From positions 1-64,000 of IMG/VR virus record IMGVR_UViG_3300032241_002336: DNA of 64,000 bases; one strand, given 5' to 3'. The notes beneath the pieces were generated by a model, which did not search any database, was not told the origin of the DNA, and saw only the letters and a list, made by a program, of their open reading frames with translations. A program made the translations under genes and the position numbers. Within the stretch, counting starts at the first letter, position 1; each line of letters starts with the position of its first letter. Below are positions 26,913 through 37,515 of this stretch, in pieces. This DNA is from a virus.

Positions 26913-27733
26913 AAATTTGTAAGTATTTCTTTGTTATTATCTAAATCCTCTAGTGATTTAATTTTAAAATTATAAAAAGGATTATTATTGTTTACATTGT
27001 GTTCTGTAAAAGTTCTGTTTTCGACATCCCATAACAAATAACCATGATTTTTAACAGTCTCTCCAAAGTTCTGTTGTATTAGAGAACTTGGCATCATAAT
27101 GGGTATATTTTTTTTACCCTGTTTTAAAGTAAACCCACCTCTTTTATGTATGTCACCACATAATACCATATCGCAATCTTCAAATATTTCTAATTCAGCA
27201 CCATTTTCAATAATATATCCTATATCAGTTTTTAGTCCTATAATTGGCCCATGAAATAATCCAATATATGTTTTATCATCGCCAAATTCTTGTCTCGCAC
27301 TTTCAATATTTGGTCTGCTATTTTCTTCAAAAATACTATATACACACCATACAATATTATCATCTAAATAACACCTACTTTCTTTGAAAAAATTAATATC
27401 ACTATTTGGTAAAAATTGGACCATGGGTGTTATGCTATCAACACGATCTTTATTATTCTCCAATAAATCATGATTTCCAGCTATAATAATAACTGGACCT
27501 ATTTCTTCTAATTTTCTTAGAAACCAAGTTCCTAAGATTAATTGTTCATTTGAAATGATAATTTTTTGATGTACCAAATCACCAACTAATACTATCCTAA
27601 TTTCTTCTCTTTTATAATCCTTGAGTTGGTTTTTCAATTGATTTAAAAAAGTAATAAAAACCTCTTTATATTCATCATGTAATCTATATGTACGTATATG
27701 AATATCGGCCAGGTGAACACAAATTCTTATCAT
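26909..27733 (-). CDS. SbcD/Mre11-like metallophosphoesterase nuclease (T4 gp47-like)
   Basis: ADIH, GDLVH, GNHD, LFHG, GDIH, QQNFGE. Confidence 0.9.
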   Translation of the reverse strand: MIRICVHLADIHIRTYRLHDEYKEVFITFLNQLKNQLKDYKREEIRIVLVGDLVHQKIIISNEQLILGTWFLRKLEEIGPVIIIAGNHDLLENNKDRVDSITPMVQFLPNSDINFFKESRCYLDDNIVWCVYSIFEENSRPNIESARQEFGDDKTYIGLFHGPIIGLKTDIGYIIENGAELEIFEDCDMVLCGDIHKRGGFTLKQGKKNIPIMMPSSLIQQNFGETVKNHGYLLWDVENRTFTEHNVNNNNPFYNFKIKSLEDLDNNKEILTNL

Positions 27734-27812
27734 AAGAAAAATTTTAATACAAATATACCAATTAATGTAATCATTTGCAACTAATTAAAATATTTATTTT
27801 TATAATAAACTT

Positions 27813-28733
27813 ATGAAAATTTGGATTAAACAAAAATTAAGGGAAAATTTAGAAGGGGGGTGGAAAAATAACGCATTAGCCGCTATTTTAACCGTTTCTA
27901 ATTTATTTGGCAATGCTAAGGCTTCTGGTACTAATCCTGAACCAAATGTTGGTATTTCAAAAAAAATTGTAAATAATTCGTTTACATTGAATATAACTAA
28001 TGCTTTTGCTAGCGGAAAATATAATTTTCATGAAAAGGAGATCGGTGTTTTACAGTCTGAATTAAAAAAATTTGGTTTTTTAATAGAAAAAAATCCAAAT
28101 ACAAACATACTCGTAGAAATTGTTTCAAGTGAATCTCAAGTACCAAACTATGATAATGAAATAGGGACCAATATTAAATTGGATGTTGGCATATTAGCCC
28201 AAAAAAGAACCAATACAGCTAAATTTGCTATCTTAAAATTTATTGAGGATTTAAAAAATAAAAACGTATTTAGGGGTGGTCTTAAATTTACGGAACCTGT
28301 AATTAAAATTGGTAATGTTAAATGGGACCCCAAACTTGGTAAAGATAACCCAGTATACACTAAAGATCAATTTGTAAAAGTACATATAAAATTTGTACCA
28401 ATTAAAGATACAATTAATACTATTGATTTTAGCGCATATTCAGATAGGGGTGAAGTAATACGTTTGGGTAACAATACTTGGGGTATGATTTTCTATCCAA
28501 CTAGAAAATCAAATACTGATACAGCTTCTGGTAATTTAAACACAGCATATCAAGATGTTTTATTAAAAACTGTAAAACCAAACACACCATTAAGAGGCCT
28601 TAAAGATGAAAAAAATGTTTATTTAGATACATATCTCATACCATCAGAATGGTGGAATAAAAATGTCTCTAATAATACATTGACACCAGAACTTGTTAAA
28701 GTAATAACGAGTACTCCTGAATGGAAAAAATAA
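27813..28733 (+). CDS. Putative virion protein with OmpA-like domain
   Basis: MKIWIKQKLRE; FASGKY...VEIVSSESQVPN...LAQKRTN pattern; TATTTAT at 27791. Confidence 0.5.
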   Translation: MKIWIKQKLRENLEGGWKNNALAAILTVSNLFGNAKASGTNPEPNVGISKKIVNNSFTLNITNAFASGKYNFHEKEIGVLQSELKKFGFLIEKNPNTNILVEIVSSESQVPNYDNEIGTNIKLDVGILAQKRTNTAKFAILKFIEDLKNKNVFRGGLKFTEPVIKIGNVKWDPKLGKDNPVYTKDQFVKVHIKFVPIKDTINTIDFSAYSDRGEVIRLGNNTWGMIFYPTRKSNTDTASGNLNTAYQDVLLKTVKPNTPLRGLKDEKNVYLDTYLIPSEWWNKNVSNNTLTPELVKVITSTPEWKK

Positions 28734-28736
28734 AAA

Positions 28737-29495
28737 TTATTTATACTGTGTATTGTATTTATGTATTTCCATTAATTTTTTAGCCTCATGTTTTAGATAC
28801 ATGACTTGAATTTTAGTAAATGATTCAATTGCTTTATCCCAATACATAATAAATATTTGTCTACATTTTCGACCAGTCTCCATTTCATACATTAACGCAT
28901 ATATACTCAATTGTATTGTATATATTGACCATTGACAGTTTTGAAGATGGTCAAATGGTTTTAATAATGTCTCAAATCCATATGGATTATAATAATTAAA
29001 AACTCTATTCGTTTTATAATCCCCGACATCAAAAAATTTATCATCAATATCTATAATTAAATCGCTCATTCCAGCTAATTCAAATTCTTCGGAAAACATG
29101 ATTCTTTCTGGATGTATTCTTATACCCTCATCAATATTTAATTTATTATATTCGTCTATTACCTTCTTAGCTAATTCATCCTTAGGAAACCACCATTTAT
29201 TAGCTTTTAAATATGTCTCCATGATGTCATGAACCTTGCTACCATAGATATTTGCCTCATCGTTTAACATCTGCCAATAGTCTAATATTTGCGTTACACT
29301 CATTTGAATATATTTCGGATCTTTGACTTCATCCAATTGATTGAATATAGCCTCTGCCACAGCAGGGGCATCAAAATGAGGTTCAATACTAGAAATAGTC
29401 TTAGTAACAGAACTATATTTTTTTCCTGTAATTTTATGAATATATGTATGGGAAATTGGCTCTAAATATACGGGTGAAACTTCTTCTGCTAACAT
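28737..29495 (-). CDS. PD-(D/E)XK exonuclease (lambda exo/Cas4-like)
   Basis: SVT, GSKVH, E...AGMSDL, GDYKTN, YTIQLSIY. Confidence 0.85.
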   Translation of the reverse strand: MLAEEVSPVYLEPISHTYIHKITGKKYSSVTKTISSIEPHFDAPAVAEAIFNQLDEVKDPKYIQMSVTQILDYWQMLNDEANIYGSKVHDIMETYLKANKWWFPKDELAKKVIDEYNKLNIDEGIRIHPERIMFSEEFELAGMSDLIIDIDDKFFDVGDYKTNRVFNYYNPYGFETLLKPFDHLQNCQWSIYTIQLSIYALMYEMETGRKCRQIFIMYWDKAIESFTKIQVMYLKHEAKKLMEIHKYNTQYK

Positions 29496-29525
29496 AATTT
29501 TTAATACAAATCTACAAAATTAATT

Positions 29526-30473
29526 CTAATAAAATACTGTTTTTTTTATTTTTTTTATATTATGTAAGTAATGTACAATTCCACTACTATTCCATTTTTC
29601 AAAAATTAAACTTGGGTCATACCCATCTGGTAATTTACAAATTCTAATACGACCAGATAAATCCCCAAAATCTAATTTAAAATATAATTTTTTAGCATCC
29701 TCATAAGCATCATTATCCAATAGTATAACAATATTGGACTTAGCGTTTTCATATAATTTATATAATAATATATCTGGAATATTTTTGCCTAATAAAGGTA
29801 TGGAGTTTGGAACAACAATGTGATCAAAAACACCTTCCACTAAATAAATTGTTGCGTCCCAATTTATTTTATATTCATTAAAAATAATATCCTGTTTTGA
29901 GGCATCTGGATTTAAATATTTTAACTTTGTAAATTGTTTATCAAACCATCTAGCTATAAAATAATTTAAAAATCCTTCTTCATTATATGAAGGAATTATA
30001 ATACGATTATGATATCTTCCAACAGTTGTATAACCAATATCAAATTGAGATATAATTCTGGAATTTATACCACGTTGTGTCAAATAATACATGGCACGAT
30101 TATATTTAAAATCTCTTGAATTACAATCTTTTAACAATTTAAATCCATCTGGAAGTGCAAGTATTTTAAAATTATCTCTTTCTTCTAATATTTTTTCAGG
30201 CTGTAATAATCTATAATTTGATAGAATTTTATTATTACCAAATCTCTTAATTAATTTAGTAATACTGCCATGCATATCATTGGTATCTTTGCAGACCCAA
30301 CAATTAAAAACATCTTTATAATAATTTAATTCAAGATTTCCCTTACCATCACCCTCAGGCATACCCTTCTCAGCTGAACAACTCGGACAATCCCATTTGC
30401 ATTGACCAGAGTCTTCATTATGTCCTCTACACTCGCCTAAAAAACTTTCTAAAATATTTATTATATTCGTCAC
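29526..30473 (-). CDS. DNA primase (Zn finger + TOPRIM)
   Basis: CPSC...CWVC, RIIIP, KYLNP, LVEGVFD, LLDND, DP. Confidence 0.9.
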   Translation of the reverse strand: MTNIINILESFLGECRGHNEDSGQCKWDCPSCSAEKGMPEGDGKGNLELNYYKDVFNCWVCKDTNDMHGSITKLIKRFGNNKILSNYRLLQPEKILEERDNFKILALPDGFKLLKDCNSRDFKYNRAMYYLTQRGINSRIISQFDIGYTTVGRYHNRIIIPSYNEEGFLNYFIARWFDKQFTKLKYLNPDASKQDIIFNEYKINWDATIYLVEGVFDHIVVPNSIPLLGKNIPDILLYKLYENAKSNIVILLDNDAYEDAKKLYFKLDFGDLSGRIRICKLPDGYDPSLIFEKWNSSGIVHYLHNIKKIKKTVFY

Positions 30474-30498
30474 AAGACAAATATACTAAAAATAAAAA

Positions 30499-31149
30499 TT
30501 ATTTCCAGTAATTATTTTTTTTCATGTATCCAACAACTGAACAATACGCATCAGCGCAATCAAAGTTTTCTTTTTTAAGTTTATTCTTTTTATCATAAAA
30601 CCAACTAATTTGAGGCTCTAAATCGGATACTAACTCCCAGATAATCATTTTTTTATCAGCATCAAAATCATATGCCCCAAATAATACTGGTTCACTTTTG
30701 GCTATTTCCTTTTCATTACGAGGTGAGCCGTCTTTTTTAAACTTTCTGACACTAATTAATTCTGGGAAAGCATATTTTCTAGCATCATGAGAGGAAATAA
30801 AATCAGGTACTATATTAAGTGTTTCGTAAACACTTCTGGCAATCATACCATTAAATCTAAGAAGTGTTGCTATTGTATAAACATTATTAGATTGTAATAA
30901 TGGCTCTTCAATTATTACCCTATTAATACCAACATCAGCATAATCATTGAGAAATTCTTTCTCAAAAATACGAGCTTTTTCGAATAATTCTTCTAATTTT
31001 TTTTCTGGTTCTGGTTTGACTTTGGGGCTGACGTGATGTAATAATTTTAAATCTCCAACACCATTTTTATCCTCAAATAAAGCAATTCCAATTGTTTTTG
31101 TTGAAATGTCAAGCCCTAGAACTAAATTACTTTCATTATCTTTATCCAT
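30499..31149 (-). CDS. RuvC-like Holliday junction resolvase
   Basis: LGLDISTKTIG, IIEEPL, DCADAY. Confidence 0.8.
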   Translation of the reverse strand: MDKDNESNLVLGLDISTKTIGIALFEDKNGVGDLKLLHHVSPKVKPEPEKKLEELFEKARIFEKEFLNDYADVGINRVIIEEPLLQSNNVYTIATLLRFNGMIARSVYETLNIVPDFISSHDARKYAFPELISVRKFKKDGSPRNEKEIAKSEPVLFGAYDFDADKKMIIWELVSDLEPQISWFYDKKNKLKKENFDCADAYCSVVGYMKKNNYWK

Positions 31150-31194
31150 AAGTTTTTAAACATAATATAAAAACAATATATAAAAAATAAAGTC

Positions 31195-32391
31195 TTATAC
31201 TGTAATTTTAATTGATAATGCAAAGAAATCATTAATATTTTTTAATATGTGCCTATCAGTTTTGGCTATTGCTATAAGACTTCCATTAATATCATATAAT
31301 CCAACTTCACTAATTCTTGGGGTATCTCCAGTACTAAATGTAGTATTTGTGGAAATGGCAAATTCACCTCTATCAGCTATGCATGTAATATTCTGTGATA
31401 CCGTACTAGATAGACTAGTCAATGTCACACTTGTTGCTGTTGATGATGTATTGAAGCTATTAACGATAGTCGGATGTGTTATGACACAGAATCCCTTATC
31501 TAAATAAGCAATACCGACAATAGTATCGGCTGTCTGACTTAGATTACTATTTGTTGTTAAATTATATAACTGTTTATTATTTTTGCTGAATGGTTTTACT
31601 GTATTATATCCAGTAGCCCAACTTAGACTTGGGTTTCCACTTGGTTTAGCTATATTATCTGAGAACAGAAAAGCTATATTCGAGCCTAAAAATTGTGTAT
31701 TTGTTGCTGTATCATTATTATTAGCATCCTGAACACTCAATGGAATACCAGTATTCTGATAAGTGCTATAAATTGTGTAACTACTAGCTGTTGTGCTTAA
31801 ATTTAATTTTATTGATTTACCATCAATTAATTCACCATAATTATTATTATTAAGTCCAATAACCAATATATTAGTAGCATCAATGCCACTTAACGCTGTA
31901 TTTGCATAACCACCAAAATTTGATGTTAATCCTGTAAATTTATAATCATCACTTGTTGATAATGGTAGATTAAAAGTATAATATAAATTAACTAACGGAT
32001 CTGTATTAATATTGTTTCTATTAACTATATTCTGTGTAATATTCGCACCACTAATTGTTGTTTGGCCATTTGATACATATACAAATGTTACACCACTTGA
32101 TTGTGGCTCAACAGCTTTTGTCTTTGCGTTAGTACTATTAACAAATAAAACGCTTTTAATATTAACATTATTTCCAACACTATTTGAAATAGAATTATTT
32201 GCGCCTATATTTCCCCCATTTGTTGATACCTGACCCGCTGACAGAGGTAATGCTGCATTATAATTTGCATCAGAATCACCTAAGCTAAAAGTTGAAATTA
32301 ATGTTGTATCATTCTGTAACAACATTGTTCTGCCGTATGGTGTTAATTTTGCCGTTAATGTTGTGGTACTACCACTGTTAATATATCCCAT
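31195..32391 (-). CDS. Virion structural protein (tail/baseplate, tail-collar-fibre-like termini)
   Basis: KLTPYGR...LGDSDANY N-terminus; ISEVGLYD..GSLIAIAK C-terminus. Confidence 0.65.
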   Translation of the reverse strand: MGYINSGSTTTLTAKLTPYGRTMLLQNDTTLISTFSLGDSDANYNAALPLSAGQVSTNGGNIGANNSISNSVGNNVNIKSVLFVNSTNAKTKAVEPQSSGVTFVYVSNGQTTISGANITQNIVNRNNINTDPLVNLYYTFNLPLSTSDDYKFTGLTSNFGGYANTALSGIDATNILVIGLNNNNYGELIDGKSIKLNLSTTASSYTIYSTYQNTGIPLSVQDANNNDTATNTQFLGSNIAFLFSDNIAKPSGNPSLSWATGYNTVKPFSKNNKQLYNLTTNSNLSQTADTIVGIAYLDKGFCVITHPTIVNSFNTSSTATSVTLTSLSSTVSQNITCIADRGEFAISTNTTFSTGDTPRISEVGLYDINGSLIAIAKTDRHILKNINDFFALSIKITV

Positions 32392-32404
32392 TAGTTTATT
32401 ATAT

Positions 32405-34546
32405 TTAGAAATCCATTGATAATTCTAGCATTATTGTCTGACCAGCTATCAATGGAACTGGTTGACTTAATTTACCCACAACAACAAGATTATTATTAGA
32501 ATCATATATTCCTACTTCACTAACCTTAATATTTGGCGGATTAGTTGATGCTGTTTGGCTTCTTGTTTTATTTGTCGTCTGTGTTAATTGAGCTGAATTA
32601 ACCCTTATATCAAATAATGTTTTATAAATTGTTGCACCTATATAGGTATCCAAATTACCATAAAAAAATCTTTCATCACCAAACTGTAAAATATTTGAAT
32701 TTGTATTTGGTGCCATTCCCAATGGTATTGTTATATCATATGTCGTAGCAAGAGCATCAATTGCATTTGTTAAAACAAAACCATTGACTATTGGTGTTTG
32801 ATTTTCTAACAACAAAGGATCTATTGTCTGTCCTGCTGTATTAGTAATCAATGTACTAGTAAAATCATAAGTCTTCCAATTATTTGGATCTGGTCTAGAA
32901 TTTTCACTAGGAACAATTTGATATAATAACCTAAAATTATAGGCATTAAAACCACGACCATCATATCCAACTTTTTCAATTTTTCTCATGAATGGTAGTA
33001 GACCAACATTACTAATTGAAAAAGCCACATCCTGTGCTGTAGGTGTATTATTTGTAAGAACTGTATAATATTGACATGGTAAAGATGAACCTAAACCAGA
33101 ATATGGACTATCTAATGCATATGTTATATACATTGTTTCATTTACATCCAATATACCAGTATCAGTTCCACCAGTAGGACTGCTTAAGACAGCACTCAAT
33201 GGGGGTAAAGTCCAATTTCTATTTGATTTATATGACATTGCCGCAACTATTTCGTCATCACTTATTACTATTGTTTTAAGTTGTGGAAATACCTTACCAA
33301 CTACATTTGGTGTTAAATTACCTATTAATGTTGGATCTTCGATTAAATCTAAATATTGAATATTTGTATCACTTAATAATTGTATATTGCCAGTAGCAAT
33401 AAAACTCATACCCATTGTTGTACCAGTAGAAGTACCATAATTGCTTCTGTGATACATCAAATCTGGTAATGTAATACGCACATTTTTATTATTTGTTGTA
33501 TCTATATAAAAAAATTCTCCATATAGATTAGATATTGTATTATTTGTATAATGAATAATAGATATAGATTTGCTAATATAATCTATATAACCGTAGCCTG
33601 GTCCACTACACTGATTAGTTACACTTGTACCGATAGATGCGCATAGATATTGAAAATATGGATTTTTACTACCCAGATAATCAAATGAACCAAATTTTGT
33701 ATAATCCTCATAATAAGCCGTTGTACTTAAACCAGTCATACCAGCTAAGTTTTCACACCATACATTATTCATATTCCAAACCTTTACATCATTACATGTA
33801 ATATTTGTAGCTGAATCAAACGATAAAGTTCCTGTATCCCAATAAGCTGTTGTTGTATTATAACCAAAAGCGGTAGCAACTTCTCCGCTGGGATATATAA
33901 AAACATATGAGTTACTTGAGCTTTGGCTTGAATTATTTGGTAATTTTCTATCCAATGTCAATACCAATGTAGCTCCTGTTGATATTGATTGTACATTATA
34001 CCATAAATTTGGCATAGGAGTAGCATTTTCAACAGCATTTGGGGTTGAAGTATTATTCGTTAATTTAAGTCTGATAAAATCACCAACACTTACATTTGTT
34101 CCTAATGGAAGATTAAGGGTAGATGTTCCACTTATCGTTGTATTTGAGACACTTGTAACAGCTTTTACATATGTCGTACTTGTTAAACTTGTGTATGATA
34201 AGGATGAACCAGTAAAAAATCCTCTTTCTTCAGCTTGATTATTTACAATAGCTTGAACTACATTAATATTTGCTTGAGTCATTGGAAATAAGTGATTTCC
34301 ATTAGAATCTATAATATATGATTCAAAATTTGGTTGTTGATCAACTGGTCTAAATACTCTACTTGTAGCTGAAAGTATTGGATCTGTAGGATTAGCATCT
34401 AAAATAGCTTCTCTTTCATAATTTAATTCAGAATCACCAATTGCCCAATTAGAAAAATTTAATTGACCAGATGCAAGTTGTTTTCTTCCAACTTCAGTTA
34501 GTTTGATGTTAATGTACGGACTCGTACTTTTTATAATGTAACTCAT
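32405..34546 (-). CDS. Virion structural protein, paralogue of 31195..32391
   Basis: KLTEVGR...IGDSELNY; VSEVGIYD..NLVVVGK. Confidence 0.65.
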   Translation of the reverse strand: MSYIIKSTSPYINIKLTEVGRKQLASGQLNFSNWAIGDSELNYEREAILDANPTDPILSATSRVFRPVDQQPNFESYIIDSNGNHLFPMTQANINVVQAIVNNQAEERGFFTGSSLSYTSLTSTTYVKAVTSVSNTTISGTSTLNLPLGTNVSVGDFIRLKLTNNTSTPNAVENATPMPNLWYNVQSISTGATLVLTLDRKLPNNSSQSSSNSYVFIYPSGEVATAFGYNTTTAYWDTGTLSFDSATNITCNDVKVWNMNNVWCENLAGMTGLSTTAYYEDYTKFGSFDYLGSKNPYFQYLCASIGTSVTNQCSGPGYGYIDYISKSISIIHYTNNTISNLYGEFFYIDTTNNKNVRITLPDLMYHRSNYGTSTGTTMGMSFIATGNIQLLSDTNIQYLDLIEDPTLIGNLTPNVVGKVFPQLKTIVISDDEIVAAMSYKSNRNWTLPPLSAVLSSPTGGTDTGILDVNETMYITYALDSPYSGLGSSLPCQYYTVLTNNTPTAQDVAFSISNVGLLPFMRKIEKVGYDGRGFNAYNFRLLYQIVPSENSRPDPNNWKTYDFTSTLITNTAGQTIDPLLLENQTPIVNGFVLTNAIDALATTYDITIPLGMAPNTNSNILQFGDERFFYGNLDTYIGATIYKTLFDIRVNSAQLTQTTNKTRSQTASTNPPNIKVSEVGIYDSNNNLVVVGKLSQPVPLIAGQTIMLELSMDF

Positions 34547-34606
34547 ATTGTATAAATATGTTTATTTTTTATTTTATTTTACTTATAAATACTAAATTGT
34601 CAATAT

Positions 34607-37255
34607 TTAATAAGAATTTATTGCATTACTCTGAATAGTAACCTTAACAGTCTCGCTATAAGCTGTACTACTGATAACATCACCACAAATTGAATTATAA
34701 TTTTTAATATTTTGAACCCTATAATAATAATTACTTCCAGATAAACCAGTTAATATCAAATTTCCTGTATAATTTGTGACTAATGGTACATATTGTACAG
34801 TGGAACTGATAGTATATGCAGTAAATGTATTATCATTGCTATATTGTACAGTAAAGTAGCCGTTATTAGACTGAGGTTGGTTCTGTATACTCCACCCAAT
34901 TACAGTATTATTTTGAGTAATTCCATTTATTACATTTGCAAGTGGATAATAGATAATTGTTAATATATCACCTGACATTATATATCCATTTAATATTATT
35001 CTATTTGGATTAGAAGTAGATGGATAAAAATCAATATTGCTCAATAATGTTATACCATTTAATGTTAAAATTACATTTGTAAAATTTAAAATTTGATTCT
35101 GTGTGTAAATTTCATATTTTCCAGTACTTGTATTATAATAATATGTATTGGTACCTTGATTATTAGTTATTCCAGATGGAATTGGAGACCCCACATATAT
35201 ATTCTCTGAAATTATAGTTAATACAGAAGATCTAGTATAAATTATTGTTATAACATCTCCGTTTACAATTGGTCTTGTAAATGTTAAAACAGTTCCATTA
35301 AGAGTATAATCTATGCCATTTGCTAATGTTAATCCACTTAATGTCACTACAATATCACCGACATATGTACTGTTTAAAGTAAGTGTTGATCCAGTTCTTG
35401 TATAACCGCTTGGTGCTGCGTCATTTATTACAATTACATCTTGATACAATGGTAATGTACCGTTTAAGGGTAAATTAATGACATTGCTCTGTTGAAATAT
35501 AGGTGTATCCGCATTTTTTACAGCGACAAAATAAAAATCAGTGCTTGGTTCATATAATTGAAATGAAGAACCCTGATTATAAATTGATGTATCAATTGTT
35601 TTACCCAATAATCCAAGATAAGTCGTACATGCTGCAGCATTATAATAACCCTTAATTAAGTAATCACCATCTAATGATAGACTACTTATTGGTATATTTT
35701 GTAATAATTGATTAGTACTACTAAATTCACTATATGGTATATTAGCACTAGTATATACAGGTGGAACCGTAAAAACATTTAAGCTAGTATTAAATTTATA
35801 TATTTCATATTTAAAACTTGCATTATTTCCCGTAAAACTATGTGTATTACCTGTAAAATTAAATGTAAGGGGTATATTGGGTATTGTATTATTTACTAAA
35901 TAAACACCAATACTATTTGCAGATATTGAATCAAAAGTCTGTGAACATATTGTAGTACAATTAGCACTGCATGATCCAGTACAACTAGTACCTCCAGTTG
36001 TTATAATTTGAGTACAGACATAACCATCACCACAGCCATCTAATGAATATCCAGATGGACATGAATAACCAATACTAGAACCTATTTCCCATGTTTTACC
36101 AACAAAATCAGCTGTTGTAAAAATTGCATTGGCTTGTGTCGCTCCAATACTTGTAGCCCCAGTTAATATTTGATAATTAATTGGATTATATATTTCCGCA
36201 CCAAAAGCTGAAACTGTTGAGGGAACATTTGAACCTAATAACTCAATTATATTTTTACCAGAATTTAAATAAAATGGAAATACGCTCCAATTTTTAAAAT
36301 TTTCTTGTGTTGAACTTCCTGTAAAATTAACATATAATATTCCATTAAGATACAATTCAGCATAATTATCTCCAGCAACTCCAACATAATAAAGACCGCT
36401 AGTTGGTATATCTAAACAATAAGTAAAACCCACGTATTCTGGACTAGTTGATGCGCTTAAACCAATATTATTTAATCTTCCACTAGTTAAATTGTGTGCG
36501 CTATTCGCCCAAAATGTATTTGAATTATTTATATTTAAAGCTGTTATTGTTCCGCCACTTTGATCCTTTAAAAAACCACTTCCATCATAATAAACTGGTA
36601 ACGCACCATCATTTTGAATATTTGGATAAAAATAAGCTCCATTATCAGCATATAAACCATCTTTATTTCCAGCAACAATTGGTATACTGCTGCCATTAAA
36701 AGTAGCACCAGTTGTGTTAATTTGAACACAAGCATCATTTGCTGGTGTTGGTGAAAACCCACTTGGGCAGCTAAGTTTTTTAAGATTAAATACAATACAG
36801 ACATCTACCTCTAAATCAATCACGCCATATGGCTTATCAATAGTAAAATAAGCACCATTTGATGTATACGAATATCCCAATGCATTGTAGGCACTGGCTA
36901 CTGAATTTAGAAATAAATTATTTGATGGTGTATCTCCAGTTAGATTTGATGTATTATAGAAAATACCAGTATATACAACTTCATTATTCGCAAGTATTAC
37001 AGTCTCCCAAGAGGTTGATTCATAGCATGTACTTCCTGATGTAAAACAATTACTTGTAGCAGCACTGAGCATATTGGAAAAAGAATATCCAGTTAATATA
37101 CATTCAACTGTATTACACTGTATTTTTGTAGCACCATTAACATTAAATGTTGGTGACTTAAAAATACAGAAATCAGAAGACATATTTACATTATTAATAG
37201 CTCTATTTCTAACATAAATGTTACTCTGGTCATATATTGGTTCTTGGAATCTCAT
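34607..37255 (-). CDS. Large virion structural protein with inserted Cys-bounded beta module
   Basis: 882 aa, Asn/Thr/Ser-rich; repeated LNG.TL..DY/F motifs. Confidence 0.6.
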   Translation of the reverse strand: MRFQEPIYDQSNIYVRNRAINNVNMSSDFCIFKSPTFNVNGATKIQCNTVECILTGYSFSNMLSAATSNCFTSGSTCYESTSWETVILANNEVVYTGIFYNTSNLTGDTPSNNLFLNSVASAYNALGYSYTSNGAYFTIDKPYGVIDLEVDVCIVFNLKKLSCPSGFSPTPANDACVQINTTGATFNGSSIPIVAGNKDGLYADNGAYFYPNIQNDGALPVYYDGSGFLKDQSGGTITALNINNSNTFWANSAHNLTSGRLNNIGLSASTSPEYVGFTYCLDIPTSGLYYVGVAGDNYAELYLNGILYVNFTGSSTQENFKNWSVFPFYLNSGKNIIELLGSNVPSTVSAFGAEIYNPINYQILTGATSIGATQANAIFTTADFVGKTWEIGSSIGYSCPSGYSLDGCGDGYVCTQIITTGGTSCTGSCSANCTTICSQTFDSISANSIGVYLVNNTIPNIPLTFNFTGNTHSFTGNNASFKYEIYKFNTSLNVFTVPPVYTSANIPYSEFSSTNQLLQNIPISSLSLDGDYLIKGYYNAAACTTYLGLLGKTIDTSIYNQGSSFQLYEPSTDFYFVAVKNADTPIFQQSNVINLPLNGTLPLYQDVIVINDAAPSGYTRTGSTLTLNSTYVGDIVVTLSGLTLANGIDYTLNGTVLTFTRPIVNGDVITIIYTRSSVLTIISENIYVGSPIPSGITNNQGTNTYYYNTSTGKYEIYTQNQILNFTNVILTLNGITLLSNIDFYPSTSNPNRIILNGYIMSGDILTIIYYPLANVINGITQNNTVIGWSIQNQPQSNNGYFTVQYSNDNTFTAYTISSTVQYVPLVTNYTGNLILTGLSGSNYYYRVQNIKNYNSICGDVISSTAYSETVKVTIQSNAINSY

Positions 37256-37497
37256 TAATAACTTATTTGTAAATTTTTAATTTTTAAATTAAACTGATTT
37301 TTTAAACCAAATGTCAATGGTTTATTTAGCGTAGTTAAACTCTGAACTTGTGTAAAATTCTGTAAATACGCTATATATCCATTTAAATTAATATAATCCT
37401 CAAATTGAATCTCAGATGATAATGTCGTATAATAAGACAAATTTGACATATAATTGTCTAGTATTACGGATTGTATGTTTTTTATTAAATTTGGCAT
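37255..37497 (-). CDS. Small structural-cluster protein
   Basis: 80-aa ORF coupled to the next gene; TATTTAT upstream. Confidence 0.6.
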   Translation of the reverse strand: MPNLIKNIQSVILDNYMSNLSYYTTLSSEIQFEDYINLNGYIAYLQNFTQVQSLTTLNKPLTFGLKNQFNLKIKNLQISY

Positions 37498-37515
37498 ATT
37501 AATAAATAGTTTTTA

